The notes under the pieces are model-generated. The model did no database searches. It worked only from the letters and a program-made list of their open reading frames with translations, and had not been told where the DNA came from. 64,000 bases of DNA from a virus: positions 1-64,000 of IMG/VR virus record IMGVR_UViG_3300032229_000533; one strand, 5' to 3'. Position 1 is the first letter of the stretch. Each line of letters opens with the position of its first letter. Positions 56,719 through 64,000 of this stretch are shown here, one piece after another. The translations under genes and the position numbers were made by a program.

Positions 56719-58470
56719 ATGGAAATAAGTTTGGAGTCAAAAGCGATGGCGATTCTTGAGACATATGATGGTGGTAATAACTATCTTTTAGAATTAAAAC
56801 GTAAATCACAGATTAACAAAAAATTCTATCCTACAAGAAGCCAATCGGAATATATTATATCATTCCACGACAAGCAACCAAAGGTTGCCAAGAAGTGGGT
56901 GATTCTTGATGCCTATTTTGCTCAGAAATTGGCTGACGATAAACTATACACAGAAATTCCACAAAAAGTTTGGGTTGAAAAGTTATTGGCGGATAAAGAA
57001 AAGGCGTATCACATTTGGGGTAAAGTTTTTGATGGTGAAGAGTTTCATGATTTTTGGTTACCAAAAGCTGCAATTATAAAAGACAACTCTGTTAAAGATG
57101 TTGTAATTGATTATTCAAAATACTCTCATCGTCCACCACTTGAACATCAAAAAGAAGCAATACAAAAATTAGTTGAAAATAAAAAGTTTATCTTGGCGGA
57201 TGATATGGGTCTTGGTAAAACAACTTCAACAATTATTGCGGCATTAGAAGCAGGTTCTAAAAAGACTTTAATTATTTGTCCAGCAACTTTAAAAATTAAC
57301 TGGAAACGTGAAATTGAAAACTATTCAGATAAAACCGTATTCATTGCCGAAAGTAAAAATTTTAGTACCGAAGCAGATTTTGTTATCATAAACTACGATA
57401 TTATTAAAAACTTCCATGACACTAAAAAGAAAGATGAGTCGCAAATTCTTGCTTCCAATTTTGATTTGGTCATTGTTGATGAGGCACACTATATTAAGAA
57501 TGCTACAGCACAAAGAACAAAATTAATTAACGACATTGTTAAAAAAACCGATAGATTGTGGTTGTTAACGGGAACACCAATGACATCACGACCAATTGAT
57601 TATTTCAATCTATTAAGTTTAATTGATTCACCTGTTGCAAAGAATTGGATGGCATATGCAATTAGATATTGTCAGGGTTATCAATTTAATGTTGGTGGGA
57701 GAAAGGTTTGGAACGTAACTGGTGCTTCAAACTTAGAGGAATTAAGAGACCGAACATTAGGGTTAACTTTAAGAAGATTAAAAGAAAATGTTCTTGACCT
57801 ACCAGACAAGATTATTACACCAGTCTACCTTAGACTAAAATCAAAACAATATGAAGAGGTAATGGGTGAATACTACGATTGGTACGACAAAAACCCTGAA
57901 GAGTCAAAATCACTTACAGTTCAATTCTCAAAACTAACAAAAGTTAGACAAATTATTGCAGACGAAAAAATTGCTCAAACAATTGAACTTGCTGAAAATA
58001 TTTTAGAACAAGATAAAAAAGTCATTATATTCTGTAACTTTACCGATTCATTAAATAAAATTACCGAACATTTTGGAAAGGCTGCGGTTAAACTTGACGG
58101 CTCAATGTCTAAACCTGAACGTCAACATTCAGTTGACCAATTTCAAGACAACCCAAAAGTTAAAGTTTTTGTTGGTAATATTAAAGCCGCAGGAGTCGGG
58201 ATTACATTAACCTCTGCGGAAGCGGTTATCATGAATGACCTGTCATTTTTACCATCAGACCACGCACAAGCAGAAGACCGAGCATATCGTTACGGTCAAA
58301 AAAATAATGTGTTAGTCTATTATCCAATCTTTGAAAATACAATAGAAGGAATTATATACGATATCCTAAACAGTAAAAAACAAGTGATTGCCACGGTGAT
58401 GGGTGATAATCATCATCCAGCCGACGCAGCAGAAGAAATTCTACAAAGAATTAATAATCTGCGAAATTAG
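56719..58470 (+). CDS. SNF2-family (SMARCAL1/HARP-like) helicase/ATPase, 583 aa
   Basis: LADDMGLGKT, IICPA, IVDEAHYIK, LTGTPM, GVGITLT...QAEDRAYRYGQ. Confidence 0.94.
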   Translation: MEISLESKAMAILETYDGGNNYLLELKRKSQINKKFYPTRSQSEYIISFHDKQPKVAKKWVILDAYFAQKLADDKLYTEIPQKVWVEKLLADKEKAYHIWGKVFDGEEFHDFWLPKAAIIKDNSVKDVVIDYSKYSHRPPLEHQKEAIQKLVENKKFILADDMGLGKTTSTIIAALEAGSKKTLIICPATLKINWKREIENYSDKTVFIAESKNFSTEADFVIINYDIIKNFHDTKKKDESQILASNFDLVIVDEAHYIKNATAQRTKLINDIVKKTDRLWLLTGTPMTSRPIDYFNLLSLIDSPVAKNWMAYAIRYCQGYQFNVGGRKVWNVTGASNLEELRDRTLGLTLRRLKENVLDLPDKIITPVYLRLKSKQYEEVMGEYYDWYDKNPEESKSLTVQFSKLTKVRQIIADEKIAQTIELAENILEQDKKVIIFCNFTDSLNKITEHFGKAAVKLDGSMSKPERQHSVDQFQDNPKVKVFVGNIKAAGVGITLTSAEAVIMNDLSFLPSDHAQAEDRAYRYGQKNNVLVYYPIFENTIEGIIYDILNSKKQVIATVMGDNHHPADAAEEILQRINNLRN

Positions 58471-58482
58471 GCAACTACGGAT

Positions 58483-58489
58483 TATTTAT
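58483..58489 (+). promoter_or_regulatory. Putative late promoter TATTTAT inside the hairpin GGATTAT...ATAATCC (58479-58505)
   Basis: 22 nt upstream of the SOD-fusion ATG. Confidence 0.55.
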
Positions 58490-58511
58490 ATATAACGGAT
58501 AATCCAAAATT

Positions 58512-60044
58512 ATGAAAAAAACACAAGAGAAAATCCAACAACTAGAAACACAAATACTTGAAAACCACGTTAACCAAGAAAAAGAGTTGTTGATTACCGA
58601 AATGAAAAAAATAGGAATAGAAAAATTACCTTACTCCTATACAGCCCTCAAACAGTTTATTGACCCAGAGACGATGAACTTTCATTATAATAAACATTAT
58701 AAAGGGTACGTGGATAAACTAAACGACGCATTGTCTAAAAAGAAATACGGAGATTTAGATTTAGAAAAAATTATTAAGACCATAAGTCGTTTTGATAAGA
58801 CAATAAGAAACAACGCAGGTGGGGCATTTAACCACGCATTGTTTTGGAACATGTTAACCCCCGACCCAAAAAAATTAGATGGTGAACTTTATAAAAAGAT
58901 AACCAAACAGTGGGGGACTTTCACAAACTTTAAAAAAGAATTTGAAAAACAAGCCAAAGACCGTTTTGGTTCAGGTTGGGTGTGGTTAGTATTAACATCA
59001 AGAAACACATTAAAAATTATGTCAACTCCGAACCAAGACAATCCATTAATGAATGTGATTGAAAATGGTGGGTTTCCTTTACTTGGATTAGATTTGTGGG
59101 AACACGCTTATTATCTAAAGTATAGAAACAAAAGAGACGAATATATCACAAACTTTTGGAAAGTTGTTAATTGGGATTTTGTAACCAAGATGTATGAAAT
59201 GAGAGTTGAGACAAAACTTACCGAATCAACAAAGATGAAACAAATCTTAAGTGAAGGTAAATCTGAAATGTGTTCTCAATCTGAAAATGAATTCTACAGA
59301 ATGTTGTTTAACGTAAATTCAGATGTTAAATGGACTTACATGAATGGTATCAACAAAATCATGAAAGATGTATTTCCTGAAAATTATATCACAAACCCTG
59401 AAAACGACCAATTACCTGGTGTTTACAATCTTGAGGGTCCTGGTAGGTCAGTTATTAATAAGTTAAACACAAACTATACTTCTTTTTGTATCTTATTAAA
59501 AGATTTGAATCAGGTTATTACAAAAATTCCTGGCAAAGAACCAATTAAGTTTTTAGGAAAAACACCCGCTGAACAGAAAAAAGAAGTTGTAAGATTTGTT
59601 AAAGCAATTGACCACTTTAAGTATAGAATCTTTGATAAAGATAGTTCAACTCTTCACAACTTATTAAGAACTTTAACTGAAAAAGATAAGGCAGGTTCTA
59701 AAAGAGAAGAAATAACCGCATCAATTCTTAAACGACATTTTGGTAAAGATGTTAAAATTGAGGTTATTGGTGAGCTAGGTAATAAAAAAGATGCAATTCA
59801 AGGGGTCGATTTGGAAATAACAAAAGATGACCAAGTTTTAACTGGTCAAATTAAACCATTTAGAACCATGATGATTGGTGAAGATGGTATTACTTTAGAA
59901 GGAACCGCAAGTGTTAAAATTTATAACACAGATTTAATGATTTTCCAAAAAGGTAAGAATGTTTTAATTTTTAATAAAAAACCAAAAATTGTTAGAGGTA
60001 ATTTTGTGTTCCCATTAGATTCACTAATGTATAATATACAATAA
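58512..60044 (+). CDS. Fe/Mn superoxide dismutase fused to a C-terminal PD-(D/E)xK-like domain, 510 aa
   Basis: SOD ligands FHYNKHY, NNAGGAFNHALFW, NQD and LDLWEHAYY at about aa 35-228, followed by a 260-aa domain with REE...GVDL...QIKP. Confidence 0.85.
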   Translation: MKKTQEKIQQLETQILENHVNQEKELLITEMKKIGIEKLPYSYTALKQFIDPETMNFHYNKHYKGYVDKLNDALSKKKYGDLDLEKIIKTISRFDKTIRNNAGGAFNHALFWNMLTPDPKKLDGELYKKITKQWGTFTNFKKEFEKQAKDRFGSGWVWLVLTSRNTLKIMSTPNQDNPLMNVIENGGFPLLGLDLWEHAYYLKYRNKRDEYITNFWKVVNWDFVTKMYEMRVETKLTESTKMKQILSEGKSEMCSQSENEFYRMLFNVNSDVKWTYMNGINKIMKDVFPENYITNPENDQLPGVYNLEGPGRSVINKLNTNYTSFCILLKDLNQVITKIPGKEPIKFLGKTPAEQKKEVVRFVKAIDHFKYRIFDKDSSTLHNLLRTLTEKDKAGSKREEITASILKRHFGKDVKIEVIGELGNKKDAIQGVDLEITKDDQVLTGQIKPFRTMMIGEDGITLEGTASVKIYNTDLMIFQKGKNVLIFNKKPKIVRGNFVFPLDSLMYNIQ

Positions 60045-60056
60045 TAAACTAATTGA

Positions 60057-60063
60057 TATTTAT
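60057..60063 (+). promoter_or_regulatory. Putative late promoter TATTTAT
   Basis: 5 nt upstream of ATG 60069. Confidence 0.5.
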
Positions 60064-60068
60064 TAGAT

Positions 60069-61190
60069 ATGGCAGTTATTCCAGAACCAGAAAGGTCAAA
60101 AATTTATACAAGAGTTAAGCACTTATTGGGGGCACCAATTAGAAGTGTTGAAATTGAAGATGAAATGATGGATTCTTTAATGGAACTTTCAATTCAAGAC
60201 TATGAACAATACATTTTAAATTGGTTGATTGATAGTCAATGGGTTAACTTAGTTAACTTGAATATGACAGAAAAGTCTGTATCAAGAGCATTGATTACAA
60301 GAACGATGGATTTTGAACAACAATTTTCATATTCATATTCAAAAATTGTAGGACTTCAAGCCGAAGGTCCTTGGGTATTAAAGAAAGATTATATCATTCT
60401 TGAAGAAAACAAACAAAACTACGAGATACCAGCTGGTCGTGAAATTAATGAAGTATTATGGTTTAGCAATCAACCTATTACCGCATTTGGTATGGGTGGT
60501 ATTGGTGGATTTGGTGGTGTAGGTCTTGGTGCCAACGAAGCGGGTTTTGCTCAAATGGGATACCAAGGTTCTTATTTTATGATGTCAGGTTTTGACTATC
60601 TAATAAGAATGCAAGAAGCGAATATCTTAAACAGAATCCTTGGTGGTTCTTTAACTTATAGAATTACCGCATTACCTGACGGTAAAAAAGATTTACAATT
60701 ATACAATGCGCCTGGTAATAGTTTTAACTGGGGAAATTATAGTCAATATGTTGGTAAGGCTGTTTGGTATTGGTATTACGATGTAACACCTGATAGTAGA
60801 GCTGACTGTTTAAAAAATAATCCTGATGTAATTAAATCACCAAATGATGTTCCATTAGAAGAACTTACTTGGTCTGACTTAAACGTACCTGCACAACAAT
60901 GGGTTAGAAGATGGTTTACCGCTTATGTTAAAGAAACATTAGGTAGAGTTAGAGGAAAATATAGTGGAAACTTAAAAGTTCCCGATTCAGAATTAACCAT
61001 GGACTACACAAGTTTGTTGACCGAAGGTAAGGATGAAAAAACAAAATTAATAGAAGAACTTACAGGTGCTGAAGGTTGGTTAACAAGATTAAGACCTGAG
61101 AAAGTTATGGAACGAGAAGCCTTAATTGCCGAGAACTTAAATAAACAAATGAAGTTCCGAGCAATGCCTCGTCAAATATATGTAATTTAA
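60069..61190 (+). CDS. Neck / head-tail adaptor protein (T4 gp13-like), 373 aa
   Basis: VKHLLGAPIRSVEIEDEMM...WVRRWFTAYVKETLGRVRGKYSG...MDYTSLLTEG. Confidence 0.82.
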   Translation: MAVIPEPERSKIYTRVKHLLGAPIRSVEIEDEMMDSLMELSIQDYEQYILNWLIDSQWVNLVNLNMTEKSVSRALITRTMDFEQQFSYSYSKIVGLQAEGPWVLKKDYIILEENKQNYEIPAGREINEVLWFSNQPITAFGMGGIGGFGGVGLGANEAGFAQMGYQGSYFMMSGFDYLIRMQEANILNRILGGSLTYRITALPDGKKDLQLYNAPGNSFNWGNYSQYVGKAVWYWYYDVTPDSRADCLKNNPDVIKSPNDVPLEELTWSDLNVPAQQWVRRWFTAYVKETLGRVRGKYSGNLKVPDSELTMDYTSLLTEGKDEKTKLIEELTGAEGWLTRLRPEKVMEREALIAENLNKQMKFRAMPRQIYVI

Positions 61191-61194
61191 TATT

Positions 61195-61530
61195 ATGGCA
61201 ATTATAAAAACAATCCCATCTACAAGATTAATTAACGGGGAAATATTAGAAACATCAGAGATTTCAATTGTATCTGAAAGAGAATACAGAACTAATGGTG
61301 AAGAATGTATTATCATTAGAAATGTTGCAGAATCTACAGTTATTTTAGATTCTAAAACAACCGACCACGTTGTGGTAAAATCAATGACAAGACTAACAAT
61401 TAAACCAGATATTGGTAAAATTGATGAGGACTATGATGAACTTGTAGCCGACAAATACTCTTGTATTGAATTTAGATTCTGCAGTGGTAATTGGTATATT
61501 TTATCTTCAGACGGCCTCAAGAATTCCTAA
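61195..61530 (+). CDS. Small beta-rich putative structural protein, 111 aa
   Basis: Pattern IIIRN...ILD...VVVK...TIKP..GKID...YSCIEF...GNWYIL, seen in phage fibre/neck accessory domains (inference). Confidence 0.6.
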   Translation: MAIIKTIPSTRLINGEILETSEISIVSEREYRTNGEECIIIRNVAESTVILDSKTTDHVVVKSMTRLTIKPDIGKIDEDYDELVADKYSCIEFRFCSGNWYILSSDGLKNS

Positions 61531-64000
61531 TTTTTCTTGCCAACCTTCTTCTGCTAAGTCATACATATAATCAGGTTTCAAACCTCGTTTTTCCCAATAT
61601 GACATTTCAGCGTCAGTAATTGTTAATACATCTTCCAATTTATCTTGGTCTCCATCTTCAAATGGTTGACCATTAATTAGTTCGCACTGTGCGGTTGTAA
61701 AGATACCTCTTTGTTCAGGGTCATTAACAATCAAACCATTTCTAACCTCATCTTTAAAACAAACCAATAACGGCTCAATTCTTTTATTGAATGTAGTAAT
61801 CGCTCTTGGTACATTATAGTCGCCAGTTAGGTTAGGGTCATTGTCCAAAATATCTTTATCCAACATATAACAGTTGATTTGAACTCCATCACCTTTCTTT
61901 TGAACGTCACCATGAGATGCTTTAATACCATTGTTAACATACATAATTACATCACCCAAACTTACATTCAGATTTGCAGCTAACGCAAGTTCCATATGGG
62001 CCATACGACTCATACTATTACCCGCTTTGGTTTTTTCGGTTAGACGTTTTTTATAATCATCCATGGTTAACTTAACCTTAGCTCTTTGAGCAATTTTACT
62101 TAATGGAACACGTTTGTCAAAAATCTTTTGTAAGTATTCGTAGTAGTATTCCACAAATGCTTTACCGTCACCCTGAAGCAACATCTTAACTCCCTTGTCC
62201 AAAAACTCCTCAATATAAAGTGGAAGTTTCTTTGATTTGATACTATTACCTGTCAATTTGATTTTACCTTTCGCATCCATAACCGCATAGTTCTTACGAG
62301 CTAAGTTAATACACGAAGGCCAAACCCCATCCGTATCAAGAGCCATTTCACCTCTCATGAAGATATCGTTATACTCTGCAACATCTGCTTCAGGGCCATA
62401 ATATTCTTTACCCAATTTAACTTTCCAATTCAAACCACGACCAACATAAACTCTGTCTTTTGCATCAGACGGAGTTGAAAAGTTCACACCGTCCGTGTCC
62501 ATTACCAAAGGAACATAACCTTTAGTCATGAAGAATTTAATCATTTGACGAAGGTATTGCCTACCTGTACAAGTAATTTGTTCTCCCATGTACATATCAC
62601 CCCAAGCATAAACCTGTGGGGCTGACAACGCACCGAACATGGAGTTAATAAAGATTTTAATAGGTAATTGTTTGTTACCATATGATTCAGATTTCTTACG
62701 GTCTGTTTCATAGTATTGTTCCGCAAGTTGTTTGTATTTGATACGAGTATCACGGAAATACTTTAACATTCCTTTCATCGCACCTGTAACATCACAATCA
62801 GGAAATACATCGTGTACCAACTGAATAGAGGGGTATAGAGACGAGAAGTCGAGCTTAAGTACATCTTTAGAGTAACCAACCTTAAGTAGTCTTGAAAGAC
62901 CTCCTACGAAGTCTGTCTTACCTTGTTTCGCGGGAATGGCAAGTCCATGTTTGTATGACCAAGCCAACATTAACATTTTCCATAATGTTGCGGTACCCAT
63001 GGTTGAAACCCTTTCATATGTTGTTGGAATCATCGCCGCCAACAAGAATGAACCTTGGTTGAACTCTTGGTCAACCTTCAGGGTTTCATCCAAGTCATCG
63101 TCAAGATACATCTCAACCAACTTGTCACCCGTAATCTTGTTATAAACATCAGAACGCTTTGAACACGCTTCGTCAATCTTAGAATCGGCACCAACTTTTT
63201 TATACTTTCCATTTTGAGTGTTTAACCAAAACTCTTCCTTCTTTGCATAGAATGGTCCGATATCCAAGTGGTCAATATATACACGGTCAGGTGCTTCAGC
63301 ATTAATGTATTGGGTAATGTATTTCAAACCCGCAGCCTTAATACTTGAGTTGATTGCCTGAGCTCTACGAACAGCGTGGATAATATCAATTACATTGTAA
63401 CCCCAAATAGAAGTTTGAGTAAATGTCTCAACCTCATTTGCGAGTTTCAACATACTATCTTTTCTTGTAAATGAATGGTCGGGGTGTAATGACCTACATA
63501 TTTTTTTTGGGTCAATTCCCAATATGTTACATCTCTCAAAAATCCAATGCCAGTCAAAGTTTGCTGAGTTATAACCACCAATAATACTTGGTTTTAATTC
63601 GTTAATAACTTTAAAGAATTCAATGATGGCATTTTTTTCTTCTGCTTCATCCATACACTCAATAACTCGGTGATATCCTTTATTTGTTTTAATTCCAATC
63701 ATGAAGATACGACCGTCCTTTGGTTCAAGAGCGGTCGTCTCCAAGTCATATACAAGTCTGGTTACCTCGTCATAGTTTTCAAATCCTTTAAATAAACGTT
63801 TTTCTTTTGAAATAAGATATTGTTCTACAGGAGGTAGAATCATTATTTTGTCTTTGGTCTTTTCACCCCATGGGTCACAACCACCCTCTCTAAAGAACTG
63901 AATAAGTTCTCTATATCCTTTGAGTGATTTAACCATGAAAGTCATACCATTCTGTAATCTTTCATTACCATGGGTTTCCAACTTGTCAATCATAATACCA
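61507..64000 (-). CDS. Family B DNA polymerase, 5' end outside the window
   Basis: ExoI YDLETT, ExoII GYNSANFD, and pol motifs DFSSLYPSI, KIFINSMFG and MDTDG. The frame stays open past the track start 63993 (G-I-M) to the window end. Confidence 0.95.
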   Translation of the reverse strand, partial: GIMIDKLETHGNERLQNGMTFMVKSLKGYRELIQFFREGGCDPWGEKTKDKIMILPPVEQYLISKEKRLFKGFENYDEVTRLVYDLETTALEPKDGRIFMIGIKTNKGYHRVIECMDEAEEKNAIIEFFKVINELKPSIIGGYNSANFDWHWIFERCNILGIDPKKICRSLHPDHSFTRKDSMLKLANEVETFTQTSIWGYNVIDIIHAVRRAQAINSSIKAAGLKYITQYINAEAPDRVYIDHLDIGPFYAKKEEFWLNTQNGKYKKVGADSKIDEACSKRSDVYNKITGDKLVEMYLDDDLDETLKVDQEFNQGSFLLAAMIPTTYERVSTMGTATLWKMLMLAWSYKHGLAIPAKQGKTDFVGGLSRLLKVGYSKDVLKLDFSSLYPSIQLVHDVFPDCDVTGAMKGMLKYFRDTRIKYKQLAEQYYETDRKKSESYGNKQLPIKIFINSMFGALSAPQVYAWGDMYMGEQITCTGRQYLRQMIKFFMTKGYVPLVMDTDGVNFSTPSDAKDRVYVGRGLNWKVKLGKEYYGPEADVAEYNDIFMRGEMALDTDGVWPSCINLARKNYAVMDAKGKIKLTGNSIKSKKLPLYIEEFLDKGVKMLLQGDGKAFVEYYYEYLQKIFDKRVPLSKIAQRAKVKLTMDDYKKRLTEKTKAGNSMSRMAHMELALAANLNVSLGDVIMYVNNGIKASHGDVQKKGDGVQINCYMLDKDILDNDPNLTGDYNVPRAITTFNKRIEPLLVCFKDEVRNGLIVNDPEQRGIFTTAQCELINGQPFEDGDQDKLEDVLTITDAEMSYWEKRGLKPDYMYDLAEEGWQEKLGILEAV

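Noticed and set aside
7058-63145. Numerous 60-120 aa ORFs nested in or antisense to long genes
   Set aside because: They overlap well-supported genes, lack motifs, and are expected by chance.
24585-63993. Introns, inteins or homing endonucleases in nrdA, nrdB, dnaB, recA or polB
   Set aside because: The ORFs are continuous, of normal length, and show no splice motifs or endonuclease signatures.
1-64000. Alternative genetic code (stop-codon reassignment)
   Set aside because: All core genes are full length in the standard code, and TAA, TAG and TGA each end genes.
1-64000. tRNA, rRNA, DGR or retron elements
   Set aside because: Intergenic gaps are all under about 120 nt or filled by small ORFs, and no cloverleaf, reverse transcriptase or TR/VR pair was seen.

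Overview
A 64-kb, AT-rich, densely coding segment of a large (probably jumbo/huge) T4-like contractile-tailed phage genome. The probable host is in the Bacteroidota, based on a TTTG-N20-TATATTTG promoter, SprB-type adhesin repeats and A-rich starts with no obvious Shine-Dalgarno. Most genes are on the minus strand. In coordinate order: (1) fibre/appendage genes at 1-9.5 kb, including a collagen-like Gly-X-Y protein of at least 1473 aa that the ORF track missed, Thr/Pro-repeat proteins and an SprB-repeat protein; (2) baseplate genes at 9.5-24.5 kb; (3) a seven-gene replication operon at 24.6-32.8 kb (ssb, recA, 5'-3' exonuclease, hypothetical, dnaB, nrdB, nrdA); (4) giant hub and tube-initiator proteins, a LysM-like protein, tape measure, chaperone, tube, HAD and sheath at 33.9-54.4 kb; (5) neck/tail-completion genes, an SNF2 helicase, a SOD fusion and a 5'-truncated family B DNA polymerase. 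No CRISPR array, tRNA, rRNA, intron, intein or mobile element was seen. The most interesting signals are: a probable +1/-2 programmed frameshift (UUU UUU CGC) in the tail chaperone; an Fe/Mn superoxide dismutase fused to a PD-(D/E)xK-like domain with I/L-x-E motifs at the junctions, suggesting head-packaged, protease-processed cargo; about 327 uninterrupted, apparently proline-free Gly-X-Y triplets; a TATTTAT late-promoter motif, sometimes embedded in hairpins; and membrane- or peptidoglycan-engaging domains inside baseplate proteins. All assignments come from reading motifs by eye; no database search was run.
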